Shown one piece after another: positions 37,782 to 54,411 of a DNA stretch of 64,000 nucleotides (its first letter is position 1; each line of letters starts with the position of its first letter). Below the pieces are notes generated by a model. It was given only the letters and a program-made list of their open reading frames with translations. It was not told the origin of the DNA and did no database searches. Source of the DNA: the human T2T-CHM13v2.0 reference genome, Homo sapiens; assembly GCF_009914755.1 (NCBI RefSeq), contig NC_060927.1; one strand, written 5' to 3'. The position numbers and the translations under genes were made by a program.

Positions 37782-38489
37782 GAAGCGGCATAGTATTTAT
37801 GGGACTGTGGGTTTTAGGTGGATAGCAGGATACTTCTGAGGATGATGTGACATAAAGAGGATTTGGAGGATTTTGTGAAAGTTTATTCTGGCAAGCAGGC
37901 CTTGAGATACTTCCACTATACCACCCTGCATCATAATATCACCCAAGATGGTAAAGGTGAGATTGGCATTTGCCTTCACCATGGTCCCAGGAGGCTTCCC
38001 CAGGCAGTGTGGATGTCCCTGGATGTCCAGTTTAAATATCCTATGGGATATTCTCCCACAGGCCATAGGCATATCTCTGTCCACAGTCTTTTTATAATAC
38101 TTTAGGTAGAGATTTGTCACTCCCACTACTACACTGTGGGGCTACTTATGAGAAATTCAGCTTCTTTATGATCTGCAAATTGTCATCTCGAGTCTGGTAC
38201 AATGTGGTTACCTGCTGAATGTTTGTTAAATGACTGAATTACACAAACAAATAAATCCAAGACAGCACATATTAACAGTGTACTTTTCCTATCAATTATT
38301 TCATGAAATTTACATAAGAAAAGTGTTAATGGTTACATACCAAGATAAACTTTTGAGTCCGTTATAAGAAGAGTTGAATTTGATAGCCTGACTTACACCA
38401 ATATATGCATAGGAATTCATTGGCAACCTCTAAGTTTTTACATGAAAATCAGAGAATACATCTGTACTGTTTAACAAAATACTTGGGGA

Positions 38490-38620
38490 TTTTTTTTTTT
38501 TTTTTAAGAGACAGGGTCTCGCTACGTTGCCCAGGCTGGTCTCAAACTCCTGGCCTGAAATGATCCTCCCACCTCGCCCTCCTGAGTCGCTGGGACTACA
38601 GGCAAAATCCATGCCTGGCT
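38490..38620 (-). mobile_element. FLAM/Alu monomer
   Basis: Poly-T followed by gagacagggtctcgctacgttgcccaggctggtctcaaactcctggcc. Confidence 0.85.
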
Positions 38621-41600
38621 TCATGAGAAATTTTTAAAGAAGCACAGTAAAATCAATAAACAGTCCAGATCTGTGGAAAGGTGCATGACTGGATGCTAAA
38701 GAAAACAAAGAAAAAGAAATCTTTGATGATACATATAAGTATTCTAATTAGACGTCCAGATTTTTCTTTTCAACCTTATTCATAGAATTTAGATTAAAGC
38801 TACCGAATATAACTTAAATAGGACTGAGATGGTTTATCCCAGAAGGGAAAAAAAAAAAGGAGAGAAAAAAAGACAAAGAGAAACAGATGGTGCCAAGAGA
38901 TAATTTAATGAGGATTTTTCAAGTAGTTTGGGGAAAATAACACAGGCCTAAGAACCCTGACCTCCTGGCTGCCTGACACTAACAAATTCACTGTTCACAA
39001 CTAAGAAACTTCACCTTCTTTTTCCTCAGTAATAAAATGAAGCTGTTGTAGAGTTAAGTCACCAATGTCCTCCTGATGTTAAAATTCTGTGATTTTAAAT
39101 ATTCATGTTTATAGTAAAGGAGAAGAGTAGTGGCATCAGCTATACATAATTCATTTTAAATTGGTTTTGAATACTCTCAGTGACTTAAGTTTAAGTAAGA
39201 GAGGAAAGATTCAGTTTAGCACAATGCTAAGAAAGGTTCTGATTTTTCAGGAAAAGCCTTTTGGCAAAAGAAGACTATTTTTTATCTGTCACCTATGATT
39301 TTCAATAACTTGAAAAATATTATACATAAACTAAGACCCTGCCCCATGCTTAAGGTGTCCTACAGTGAGGCTCTCTTTTTCTGTATGTATGACTGTGTAA
39401 AATGCGAACACATTATCCTTTTCTGACACTGAATAAATAATAAGGCAGTAAATGCATACAACTGCCACTCTAATTGCAAATGGGTCTAATGAGATGCTTG
39501 CTTGGTTTTCCTTGTCTTGTATATGACTTTCCATTCACTTTTCCCATAATAACTCTTCCACATACTGGGAAATAAACAAGCATATTTGGTGGACAACCTG
39601 GACACAGAGGTGGAAGAATCCAACCTTTAGGTTCCTCCATGGACTCAGCAGAGCTCTGCATGTCTGCTTGCATGTTTCTGTAAACAACATGTCATAGAAA
39701 AACTGGCCAGAGGCAAGGGGTCCAGAGATCTGGTTTAATTTTTAATCTGAAAAGTATTTCATAACTAATATTTCATCATTAGTAAAATAAAAGAGCTTAT
39801 CAACTGATTTCTAAAGCCTCTTTCTGCTCTAACATCCTCTGATTCTCTGATCTGGTTTAGAAGACAAGGATACAGAATCAGAATTGTGAGTGACCTGAAT
39901 AAATGTTTAAGATCTTAGAACATAATAGTGATGTTCAGAAAGAATACTGACCTGACTAGACAGAAGGACTCAGCAGGGATACAAAAGAAGACAAGAAGAG
40001 AAGGGGTAACATCTTTTTAGCTGAAGGACTTATGGCCCTTGATTAGGGCCGAAGGGCTTAAGATCTTTTTTTTTTTCTGCAAAGTATCTGAAAATGATTA
40101 AAATTATTTTGACAGCTGCAAGTAATTGGGAAGTAGGTGAAAACAGGAAGTTCAGGCACAGAATAACCTCACTAGTTCCAGATTCCACCAATAATTCAGT
40201 GTTCATAGTAATTTCAACATGAGTAGCTGATGTTTATTATTATATTACATATTCATTTTCAAGCAATAGAGAATAAAACTATAACTATCCTTTTCAAGTA
40301 AGACCCATTAGAATAGTAGACATTTTACCTTTATTTGCTGTTATTTTTTCATTGACAAAATGTAAATAAGAACTTCTCAGGGAGAACAGTTATTCCACTA
40401 AAGATCTTGGTTCTATCTTTTATCACCTTGCAGATAACCTGTCACTATGAGGTAAAGTATACTTGTAGATGAGTGTTCATATATTCAGAAAAAAAGTGTC
40501 CTTTAATACCTACTTTAGTATCAATCATAACAAACTATACTTTTATAGTCCTTTACAGTTTATATACAAATAACTTATACATCCAATTCACATGTACTTT
40601 GTCGGTGAACAAGTGAGGTGCTGATTTAAAATTACTAGTATCTATTCATTAGAAGATCTAGTGACCTTTTTGTAGCCTTAGTTTATCTTACATGCACAAT
40701 GCTTAAAATGCATTAACTTACAAAACATTAAACTTTTTTGGTGATTTAGTATGGTCTTCTTTCAATGTTCTGAATTTCTGAAGAGTTATTTCATAAGAAA
40801 AATAAATCACTTAACATGGTAGTTCTTGTGAGTGTGATTCAAGACAGTAGGATAAACACACTAGTATCTTGAAATTTACTTTTAAATCCTTTATACAACC
40901 TATCCTCCTACCCTCCATAAACCTGCATTAATAAAAGTAACTAAGATAATTAAGACAGTTTTTAGTCAGTATTCATGCTTAGTTCTTTCACTTTTGCTTT
41001 AGAATCTTGAAAACACACTGGGTAAATTTTTTGTTTAAAAATTTAAAGTGCCCACTATTAAATGCCACTCCTAATGAGCATAATTTTGTGACTACTTTAT
41101 TAGTTATTCAATGATGGAATAAAAACTACCATACTTACAACTAGTCCATCTCTTCCATACCACAAATTTATGAATGAAGAATACTAGCCCTTGACTCAAA
41201 GCAACAAACTTAGGAATACACATTAAGCAGCTATCTAAATGGATACATAATTAGCAGTATATGTAGGCAAACAAAAAATAGAGAGGTTATTAGCTTTTCC
41301 TCAGGGGCCACCAAACACACACGCACACACACACACCACAATACAAAAAGAGCAAAAACCAACAAAAACTCTTCTGATCTAAAAGTAGTTGCCTTTAATT
41401 AAAAAAAAAAAAACACACACACACACAAAACTATCTTTTTACAAAAAAAAATACATGAGATAGAACGGCGTATTTTATTCTGTGTATTTTGTTTTTCATT
41501 GTTTATTTAAAAATCAATATTTTTCTAAACTGAAACACACTAAATGCTATAGTAGAGTTAATAAAAGTAATTATAGGAAATATAAATGAATGAATGAATA

Positions 41601-42704
41601 AATGAATGAACGTAGTTGCCAAAGTACGGACAGAAGCCAGCAAATCATCCCCATATTAAATGCATCAGAGAATACAACACAGCCATTCGAAAAATAAAAA
41701 CAAGGCCAGGATTCATTAAAAATTCCCATAAGGCAGAAAGAACAACAACCCTGTATTATCGATATGCAAAATATACCTGATATTTATTGTGTGGGGCAGA
41801 AAGTATTTCCATCATCTTTTCTTTCAGAGTTTTTTTTAATGAATCTGAACAGAAACAAAATATAACCAGAGTATATTAATATTTTCTGGGCTGGTGTTTC
41901 ACTAGGAATATACAAAATAATTTTACACATTTTTAACTTCAGAACTCAAAAATTAAAAAATGCTAGGAGCTTAATTTCTCATTCTGAATTTAAATTAATG
42001 TATACAATATCACTATATATTTGATGAAAATATATATGTGATACTACTGCACTACAGAATTAAAATAACTTTCACAAGATTTCAACAAAACATAGATTAG
42101 TAAGTAATCTATGTAAGATAAAACAAATATTGAAAATTCATGGATGCATTTTTCTGTTAGGCTTCCATTCCCTATTGTGACGAAAATAACTGAAAGCAAA
42201 CCAACACAAAAATCACTGTGACAAATACTGCTCATTCAACACTTTGTGTAAGAAAATAAAATTAAAAAAAAAATCTCTTAAAATGTGGCTTCTGAATAGT
42301 CACATTATTTAAAGCAATTTTTTTCTGAATTTTAAAAAACAGGTATGCAACTTACTGTTTATACGTCAACTTCTTGCAGGATAAAAATATGTTTAAAAAC
42401 AATTTGTTCTTTTTTTCTGCATATCCAGTAAGATACCGCAATGTTAACTTAAGGATAGTTTTTTTTTAATACTAAAAAGGGAAGTTTCATATCTGTTCAT
42501 CTATTTTTTTCTTATTTCTCTAAAATTTAAAATGGAAATAAGAATACATAAAAAGCAAAACAAAACAACTTAGATTTTAAAAAAGAGTTGCATACCCATT
42601 TGCCATTGATTCTGTAAATAAAGAATAAACACTAAAATTTTATAGAGATTCCTTTGTCAATTGTGAATGCCTTATTTTACCTCTTAAAACTTTTCTGCAC
42701 TTTA

Positions 42705-43019
<315 letters not shown>

Positions 43020-43998
43020 TGCACTTTTAAAATTGCTACACAAACTATTTTTTTAAGTTTATATCATATCAATTAATATGCTGATTTTCTTTTCACTAAA
43101 TGATGCTCATTTAAAATAAATGGAGTTTTATTTCACACTCAATTTTTGGAAGAAAGCGAAAGATAAAAATGTACTCATATGGCCGGAACATTGCTAGGTC
43201 CAAGGGACAATACACATTTAGTTGAATCTTCCTATCTGATCTGTATTGCCAGTACTGGAAGAGAACTGATGTTTCCAATGATGAACATTTTTACCAATGA
43301 AGTCAAGCAATTAATACAGTTTGAAATGCTTTTCAATAATATAATTTGAAACAAGAAGTTTCTTTAATTGATTTTCCTTCATTTTTCTAGGAAAAAAATT
43401 AGCAGAGATTTCAATAAAAACTCAAATTCAGTGGAATGATTTAAATACAGAGACCAGAAGCCATATGGGTAGAGAAGGTAATAAGCTTTCTATTTAACAT
43501 TGCCACCTAAATTCACCAGAATATTTCATTTCCTGACTATTCCACTTAATTGAGTTTTGCTGCTTTGATGTTCTGTCTTTGAATAAAATGAATTAACTAT
43601 GGAAACAGCAGCCTTTCAAAGAGCATTCAAAATATACTGCATAAGAGAAATAAAAATGCCTGTTAAAAATATCTTGTAATATGCTAAACTAAATTTCCTT
43701 AAAGGAAATCTTAAAAGCGGATCATTAGTGATTTATGTCACTTCTATTTTTATTTCCTTAGTGTTACATAAAATCATTAATATAGTTAATTTTCAACTAT
43801 GAAGTCTTTGTATAGAAAGATGGTGCTACTAATTCACCATTAGTAAGGTAAATACTCTAACTTGTTTTCCTAGAAGTTGTAACTTACCATTACACACATA
43901 ACTCCAGAAACATAATCCTTACTTTACTAGGCAACGACAAAGGCCAAGTAGCTAGGTAACTTACCAAAGGTCATCCAGGTATTTAACTATAAAATCCA

Positions 43999-44431
<433 letters not shown>

Positions 44432-47400
44432 CTATCTGGTGAAACACAGACTCAAAGGTAAAGTAAAATTATACATTATAAAACCCAAATGAATTGTTTT
44501 TACTATTCTCTTCCAATAATACAATTAATCAATAATTGCCAATGGTTTCAACCCATGGAAACTACCTTAATTTTCATTAAGGTTATTAAAGAAGTTCAAA
44601 CAAAAAAGAAAGAAATATTAAATTCTGTGAACTTTCTAGAAGAGGGTTGTTGCTTTTTAGCTTGAAAGGGAAAGGTTATTTATTCAATGTAATGCCTTTG
44701 TGATTAAAGATCAAATCCATATCTTAAAAAACAAGTCAGAGGTGAGTTCCTCAACTTCTATACCTTTAATAATAAGTTCGCTCTTCTTTGTTAGTGGGGG
44801 TTTTCTACTCTAACTTGCTAAATCTATTCTAAGATTAGTCCTTTTTAATTCAAAGGTGATAGCTTTTTTGTCTATTCTACAAGCCAGTGGCTGGAAATTC
44901 ACAGTCAAACTGGACCCAGAGAATAGTACCTGGGGCACACTGATTACAGCAGTCACCTGAGCCTGGGAGGGAGGATATCAGTGGCACAGGCTCAAGCATG
45001 ACTTAATGAAGGCTTCCAGCTCGCATCCCATCGTCAGTGATTTTTAACCTCTTGGCATGCATGGAGGAAAGGGGAGTCATGCTAAAGTAGAGAGAAAACT
45101 GAATTTTGAGTCAACAGATTTGCATTCAAGTTCCTTCTATCTTTTACTACCTTGTCACTTTGGACACATAACCTTTCTTAGCCTCATTTTTTTAAATCCA
45201 TAATGTTAAATTAAGGGCCTAATTCAGTGCATGGCACATAACAGATAATGAATTTCAGCTGAATTTAAAAGAAGACAAGGACAGAATCTTAGCACTGCTC
45301 TCTAGGCAGGAATGATGAATGAATACAATAAATATAACATTAAGAAGAGAGCAACCTGGAGTGAAGAAGCTGGCTGTCATGGCAAGTTCTTGATGATAGG
45401 TGGAAACTGTCCCCCACTTTCCCCGGCGCCCCCCTACCTCCAGGAAAAGCAAGGAAACATGGCAACAGAAAGAGGGCCAAACTGAAAAGAGATTTTCTGG
45501 GGCAAACCAGACAATCTAGTAGGCCAGGGAGATGACCCATTTTTGCTTGATGACTAAAAGAGAATGCCGACTTCACTGATTTTGCTACTGAATGAGTCAC
45601 AAGGGTGGGTAACTTGAGAAAGTATGTGAGGGAGTGGAAAAATGTAGGTAATTCATGGATGCTGTAGAACTTACTTTAATTAAAAAATTCCTTACTCTGA
45701 ATGTTTTGTTAACTTTAAGTATCCACAGTAACTGATACATCCCCCTATGAAACTCCCATCATCTTACTCTTTTCAAAGGCTGAAACGCCTGTGACGGAGT
45801 TTCCCTGTTGTGAACTCCAGGCAGGGAGTGAAATACAACATAGCACTTAAATCTGCTTCTGGGCGTCAAATCTCGGAAGGATACCTAGAGAAAAAGTTTA
45901 ATTTTATGGCCAGTCTTGGACTCTGGATTTCCCATAGGGCCAAATTCTGGTACCACTCTGTGGTGAAACTCAACGTGGATCACGCCCCAAATTGCACTGA
46001 TGATCTGAGGAAACAAAAGTGCCTGCAGGAGTGGTCTTGGGCCAGCCCTACATTGCAGGAGATATACTGTGACATTTCTATGAAACTGGTATTCATTACG
46101 GATGCTGTTCACCAAGGCATTTGTCACTGGTCACTCAGTGATGGGGTGGGAAGTCAATTCAACCTGGTGAATGACTGGGGAAGGAAACAGACTGCCAAGT
46201 AACATCCTAGCCTTTAACATATTCATTGACTTTGTATACCAACTTTGTAAAGAAGATGTGATTTAAAAAAAAAAAAAAAAAGGTTCTGAAAGATTCAACA
46301 ACTTGCCTGAGGACATAAAACTAAAACTTGGCAGAGCTATGAGGCATTCTGACTCCAAAGCCAACTACAGTATATTGAACAGAGGCAAAAAGTTCAACAG
46401 AAAACTTAAGTAAAATAACACTCTGTTAAGAAAAGTTGTTAAAAGCATAGGGGAATATCAGACAGATGTAAAAATGGGCCATAAATAGCTAGACTAAAAA
46501 TAAAACCTCCCTAAAACTTAATTGAAAAGAAAACTTTTTGGAGGGGGTGGGTGTCTTTTATATTCTTTTTATATATAATTTTATCCAGGTTGGTTATTTG
46601 GCTTTCAAGTCCACAGAAAAATTAGATGAAGCAACTTTAATGAGAGGAAGGCAGAATTATTACAGTAAGAAGCTAACAACAGCAAATAATACTATAAAAA
46701 ACAATCACTACTCAGAGAACTTATTCTAAAGACACACTGATCTAGAGCTATTTAATGTATGAGCAAACTGCTCTATATATGATGATCATATGTAATGAAA
46801 CACAGTTTCATGTATTTTTAGTCATTTCAGTGAGGTGGTTGTTAAAAATATATGATTAAATAATTTACCATTTCTATAATACTTACGTAGACCAGGCTTC
46901 CTAATTTTTTTGTTGTTGCTAAAAAAATATGGTTGCCTTCTTTCTTATATTCTGAGGATGTTAAAAGGAACACAGTATTCCAGGACAAAATAATAACTGC
47001 ACTAACCCTAAAATATCAAGAAGGCATTCTACTGTGTAGCCTTCTCCAAGTTTCACACTTCCCCAGCCTTGCAATTTTACTTGTTCTCATATGATCCGTA
47101 TCATAGTCTGCCATTCCTTACCAATAGGACTTCTTGACGGTAGGGACCGTGTCTTCTTTGTGTTTGTAACTTCAGAGTATCTAGCATAGTGCCTTTCTAT
47201 ATAAGATAAACCAGTAAATATGAGTTAAAGTAATAACATTCATGTTTAGTAAACTCTTTTAGAATACAGGAATGCATGTGGAAACACAGCCATATAAAAT
47301 GTCTAAAATAAAACTTCTGGGGCTTGAAAAGGCCAACTATTTTATCCATTTATCAAATAATTGATTACCTACTATATTTCAGGCACTGTTTTAAGTTCAA

Positions 47401-47731
47401 GGATTAGAATAGTGGGCATGGACATGAAATACCAGTTTTTGTATTAAAGGTCCTTACAATCGCATGGTGGAAGACAGACAAACAAGATATATAATAAACA
47501 AGGAAATACAAAATGAGATTTCAGCTAATAAGTGCAAATATGAAAATAATGTAGGATAATGGGATAGACAGTACTTGGGTGGATGGACTATTATCATTTT
47601 TCTGCTTATATAGGGTATTTTCTTATACACAAAGGAAGAGGTATAACTTCTATAGATTGTTCAGAGGTGAAAACATAGAAGGCATCGGCTTCTTAAAAGC
47701 GGCTGTGAGATCTCCAGGGATGGCAGGGCTA

Positions 47732-48240
47732 CTGTAGGAGCTAACCTTCCAGATTGTCCCCAGTGACCTCTAGCACCTGGTACTCACATCCTGTGTACTC
47801 CCCTTCTACATGGTACCATAATGGGGCTGGCTGACTAACAGCCTATGTCCCAAGTGGTGTTATGTCACCACCAAGATGAGGTTATAAAAAAGTCTGTGGC
47901 TTCCATGTTGGGCTCCTCCTGTCTGGGATTCCTCATTCTGTGGGAAGCCAGCTGCCATGTTATGAGGACATGTAGGCAACCCGAGGAGGGGCGCACACAG
48001 AGAGAAACAGGTATCTGGACAACAGTGAGGAACAGCCACGTGAATGAGCTTGGGAGTGGATCCTCCCTGGAGACTGCAGCTTGATTACAACTTCCTGAGA
48101 AACCTAGGACTAGAACCATCCAGATAAGCTGCTTCTGGATTCATGACTCTCAGGAAACTGTGTGAAATATGAAGTGTTTATGTTTGTTGATTTAAGGTGC
48201 TAGGTTTTTGGAGTTATTTGTTACATGACAAATAACTAGT
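47732..48240 (+). mobile_element. MLT1-family LTR inserted in an L2 fragment (approx. 47340-48700)
   Basis: gaagccagctgccatgttatgaggac ... gaaactgtgtgaaata ... ttatttgttacatgacaaataact. Confidence 0.75.
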
Positions 48241-49096
48241 CAACTTTTCAGGAAAAAGCCTTTCTAAATAGTTGAAATCTGAGCAGAGGCCTGAATAAAG
48301 AGGAACCAGTGATGAACAGACATCAAGGAAGTACATTCCAGACAAAAATAAGGGCAGTTATAAAGATCATGAGAAAGGCGTGAGCTTGAGAACAGCTAAA
48401 AAGCCCACATCACAGCAATCTTGTTACAGAAGTATAACAAAGTAGTAAGAGAAGAGTTAAAATTTCCTTCAAAGAGAGATGGGAAGTAACATTACTTAAT
48501 TTATATGTTACAAAGAATCATCTTTGTAACCTACTGGGCTACTATGTGGAAGATTGGGGTGAAAGCAGGAAAACCAAGTGACAACCTACTACATTAGTGA
48601 AGCCAAGAGATATAGCTGTCATATCTAGTAACGCAGACAAGGACATTAGAAATATTACAACTTGGGAAGATCCTAGATATGTATTTGGAAAACAGTAAAC
48701 ACAATTATATGAAAAACTTATCCATGTGGCCCACATCATGCCAATAGGTTCTGTTTTTTGAGTGACCCAGTTACCACTGGAATAGTCCCAGACAGAGAGG
48801 AAATTAGATGTGATCTAGTGAGACATAAATCAAAATTCAAGAAATAATTTGTAGGTGTTATAGTTAAAAATTATAACTCTTGTCATTAAAATGCTGTGGA
48901 GCCTAGAAAGGAGGACTTTTATGAAAGAATTAAGTAGTCAGTAGAAATGTTCCTTTTGTTCTGATTGATGCCAACCAGACTGTTAAAGTAAGTGCTTAAG
49001 CAATCAACCAGTGAAGTTAAAAAAAAAATTAATAAAACAGAGATGAGAAAAAACAAAAATAAAACTAATATTCTTTCCACATAAACATATTTCTAA

Positions 49097-49462
<366 letters not shown>

Positions 49463-50285
49463 CATTCACTAGTTTTATAGAGCCTTTAGAGCTTCATTTA
49501 TCAGGCCTTAACAAGAATCTACAAGTTCCTACTCTGGAAATATTCTGAGCAAGCCCTGTTCACAAAAAGATCATGTCAAAACACACCTGCTTTTCTCATT
49601 GCTTCTTCTATCATATGCATAAAAAGCATGTCAAGACGACTCATGGGAAACAGCCACTGACAAATCAAGTCTATGTTTGGTGGACCTAAAGACCAGTTTT
49701 CAGTTTCTGACATTCTTAAGGGGACATAGAGAATCAAATTTTAAAAGATGAAATATAAACAAATTGCTATTTGGTGATCTTCTAAAGGCCAATATAATAA
49801 GTGACTAGTCACTTGCTCACTCTCACATATACACAAACATACATATATAATAATATACACATACATACATATATACACACACAAACCTCACATTAAATGG
49901 AAGAAATTAATGAATGTGCAACTTGAAAAGAGTGTTTAAAAGAAATGCTTACAATCAGATACATTCTTAAAAACAGAGAGACGACATCTGCCTTTATAAA
50001 TTTTCCACAACCTTTTCCCAAAGTCTTGGGTATGAACATTTATAGTTGCCACAGTAGGTGCTAAATCATTAAATATTACTGACATATTTTTCACTTAATT
50101 TTTAAATAAAAGAATCTAAGTGAATATGGTAATTTTTTAAAAGTAAAGCATTACATATGTTCACCAGAAGTTTACATAAAATTTAAAATGCTCAAGCCTA
50201 TCTGTGGGGCCATGCTCTAACTTGTTCTGTTTTTTGTTTGTTTGTTTTGTTTCTTTGTTTTTAATCCACATAAATTAGTACCTAA

Positions 50286-50608
<323 letters not shown>

Positions 50609-51184
50609 TGGTTAATCATATCATCTTTTGCTGCTAAAATCAACATATTAAATGTCAAAATACTTAAGTAAAAATGTTCTACTTGTTCTATGTCACTGAA
50701 AGAATAGTCATAAAAATCCAGTATGAAAGTTTTTAACAGACTACTTTATTTACATTCTATTACTTGATAGCAGCACTTGAATAACCAAATTTATATTATC
50801 CCAGAAAGTTATGGACACTAGGTGCTTCAGGAAGTTTGCTGAATTAAAGGACAGATTTACTTATTGCCTTTTGTTTAGAATTTATGCTAAGTGCTTATTC
50901 ATTATTAACTCATACCCTCCGCCTAAAAGTACACAAATGTGACTAAAATTATGTTGATGTTAATATTTTAAAAGTCTGTATCACTATAAAATGATTCTTC
51001 AAATAAGGAAGTTTTCTTCTTTTATTTCACACTGTACCTATTTTGAAGTTGACTGTGGTAGATGAACTCATCATGCCAAATTCTTCATCCCTCACTACTG
51101 TAATGATACATCCACATTCTGCCATGCATTCTGCAGTGCTTACCACTCGGAGGGGCAGAGCATTCTTCACCATCCCATTAACGT

Positions 51185-51520
51185 TTGGCCAATGGAATGT
51201 GGACAGAAATAATGGTGTGCCTGTTCCCAAGTGTTAACACTTGCCCTTTTGTGGTTCCTATGACCCACCATCTGAAGAGCATCTCCAGGTAATGCAATCC
51301 TTTCAGCCCAGGTTGTAAAATGGAGGCATGTGGAGCTGACCTGAAACTGATCAAAGACCTGGTGTCCAGGCCCAGGCAAATCAGCCCCAGCCAAGCCCTG
51401 CCCACCATCACCAAACCACAGCCAAACTGCAGACCTGTGAACACAATTATATTCATTATTCCAAGTTTGTTGTTGTAGGCCACTAAGATTCTGAAATTGA
51501 CACACAACAAAAACTAATAT
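51185..51520 (+). mobile_element. Old MaLR (MLT1-type) LTR fragment
   Basis: tttggccaatggaatgtggacagaa ... gcagacctgtga ... ttgttgtaggccactaagattctg. Confidence 0.6.
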
Positions 51521-53034
51521 ATTGACTCTATATCTTTATATGGCTACTCATGTAACACGAGTTGCATCAAACTAAACCTTTTAAATTTACCTCTCCTCAA
51601 CTAATAATAATTTTCTTTGGCTATATTGTATTTCAGAAAACAGAATGAGAATTTTTTTAATAAAGATTTAAGTTGTCACAGAAAGAAATTCATTCTATTG
51701 CTAAGGCCTTATTTCCAAAAATAAACTATAATATACAGAATAAGCTACACTTAAACTCAACTTATAATTTGGTATCCTTAAATGTTTCTACAATTTACAG
51801 TCTTTCAAATGAACTGAATGTAACACACCTCCCTAAAATGTATGATATACTCTAGATATATTTATTTATTTATTTATTTATTTTTGAGCAGTTTACCTCC
51901 AAACTTCACAAGTATAACTAGTATTGGGAGGTGAAACCAGTATGAATCTTGAATTTAAAAAATGTCACTAGGTACAACTTACTACTTTTGAATACCAATA
52001 TTTTTAGGGTCTCCCTCAATTACTAGATAGGAATCCCCTGTTAATTATTTGAATATAATGAATAGACCTTTCCTTTTTATGTTCTTAAGTAATTTAGAAC
52101 ATTGTTATTTTAATAAAAAATTAAATAGGACATATTTTTGTTTACACAAATATTTTGTTAATTTTTTCTATCATAATTTGTATGGTAGCAAACTTTAAAT
52201 TATCACAAGTAATAAAAGTAAAATCAATTACATTTTTATACATCAAAGATCACCATTGCCCTTTTGCCATTTATCTATAATAAAGCAAGACTACTGAGAA
52301 AACAATGTATGTAATAAATTGCTGAATATGAGTCACTATATGTAATTCTTATTCTCATCACTGTTCACTTCAGCTAGCACATCAGAATTTAAAAATCATA
52401 AAATTTTAACTTAGAAACACTTTTACAGCTAGTTTAACGACTCACTAGATATTTACATTAACTCTGTAATATTCCTCTCAACTGCTCAGTTATATTCTGA
52501 ATTTTTCCAGTGGTAGAATTTCTCAACCAGCATTTTTCCAGAGGTAGCATTTCTAAACCAGGGTTTTGTTAACTTGTTTCAGGAAACTGATTTAACAAAA
52601 GGTAATTGGTGGGTCTGTTGTTATTGTATTTTTATAAATAAATAATCATTTTTAAAATGACCCCTTTAGAATATAGAAAGAGAAAAAGCACATGCCCAGT
52701 AAGCATGAATAATGGTTAACAAAGAACAGACAAGCCAGCTTATACGTCTAAGCAGTCCTCTGTGCAGCTTATCCCCTGGCTTAACAATGCTACAAATGCT
52801 TGTGTTTTGAACATTTAAGTTTCAGTTGTTTTTACTTTTGGTCATATTTTAAAATTTGTACTAACAGATCAGGAATTATAGTTGGGTTGTATGAGGATAT
52901 TAAGTAACACTAGGAAAGGAGCAATAATAAATTTTGTAAATGCACTCAAAATAGTCCTTATGTTGCATTAGCTTAAAATAGTCATCAATCATATCAAAAA
53001 GCTGCTAGTCCCTTAAAAAAAAGAGTTAAAAGAA

Positions 53035-53460
53035 CTAGAGCATTCATAGTGGCAGCAATCAATATCCAAATATCCATCAGCAGTAAATTGGGTAAGTTTT
53101 GATAGGCTTACACAATGGTAATAACATAGTAATAGAAATGAGCAATCTACAACTACATGTAACAGTCTGGATGGATCTCACAATGTTAAGCAAAAGAAGC
53201 CAGACACAAGAGCATATATTGTTTGATTTTATTTACACAAAGTACAAAAACAGGTGAAACTAAACCATGGTGCTTATTCTTTGAGGTTGGAAGACAATTT
53301 TTGAATGAGATGAGTGCAAGAGAGCTTCTGGGGTGCTGGTCTTGCCATGTGTTTTGATCTCATTGCTGGTTATACAGTTGTGTTTGTGAAGTCTCATCAA
53401 GCTGTTTGCTTATAATTTGTGCACTTTTATGTATGTAAGTTACAATTCAAAGTTGAATAA
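53035..53460 (+). mobile_element. Old L1ME-like 3' fragment
   Basis: ggatggatctcacaatgttaagcaaaagaagccagacacaaga ... catcaagctg. Confidence 0.7.
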
Positions 53461-54116
53461 GTAAAATGTCAAAAACAATTTTATTTTATCTAAATTGTTA
53501 TATTTGGTTGCGCTATACACATGCCCAATACTTTGTTCAGGGTTTTAATCTTTTTATCTTATCATTTAGATAACTAAAAATACAAAATTTAAAAAAGGGA
53601 AAGATTTCTTAGGTATAAAATATAAGAACTCAATATATTAAATGTAATAGTAATTTCTGTCTAGTTTTAAAGCTACAATAAAATATATCATTAATTTTAC
53701 ACTATATTTTAATATATACCTGCTCCAAAATCAAACACAATGTCATTTTGAACATGCTGAAATTGTTTTCTTAAATAGATATTTCAGAGAAAATTGTCAG
53801 TCACTTAAAGTAAAAAAAAATCTTTGTCATGAATATTAAGTTTAAAATTAATCTCTAAAATTACCTTTGTATTATTGTTGCTAATACATGATGCTAAATT
53901 TTCCTTTACATAAAATCTCTTTTCTGTCATGTGCTACGTAAAAATGAGGAAAAACTAATTCCTATGGAAGTATATAATAACAAAAAGTTTCAAGAATTAG
54001 AAGAACAGTTGGGTAACATTTTAATAATGGAGAAAAAAAATATGATTAGAGCTGCGGAGATCTTCTGACAAATTCCAGACCTGCCATTAACAAGCTGGGA
54101 GACTTCTGTCAGGTCA

Positions 54117-54411
54117 CTGCTGTCCAACAGAAACGCACTCTGAAATGTCTGTAACTCTTAAATATCTGGTAGCCCCATTTTAAAAAGTAGAAAGTAATTG
54201 TGCACTGTAATATATCAATAATATCTTGTAAGACACAACACAATTAAAATGAGAGTTGTGTTTAACAGAAAAATACTTCCTGATGCTATAGTTTTAAAAT
54301 TGATATTTAAATTCATGAAAATTAAATAAAATTTAAGATTCAGCTCCTCAGTCACACTGGGAGCCACATTTCTACACAGGACCCTAGTGGCCACCGTATT
54401 AGACAGCGCAG
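54117..54411. mobile_element. MER33-like hAT-Charlie element inside a MIR fragment
   Basis: Termini ctgctgtccaacagaaa ... tattagacagcgcag. Confidence 0.65.

Noticed and set aside
45810-46202. 130-aa plus-strand ORF considered as a possible retrocopy or novel gene
   Set aside because: GTG start, no recognisable domain, no poly(A) or TSD; the length is compatible with chance.
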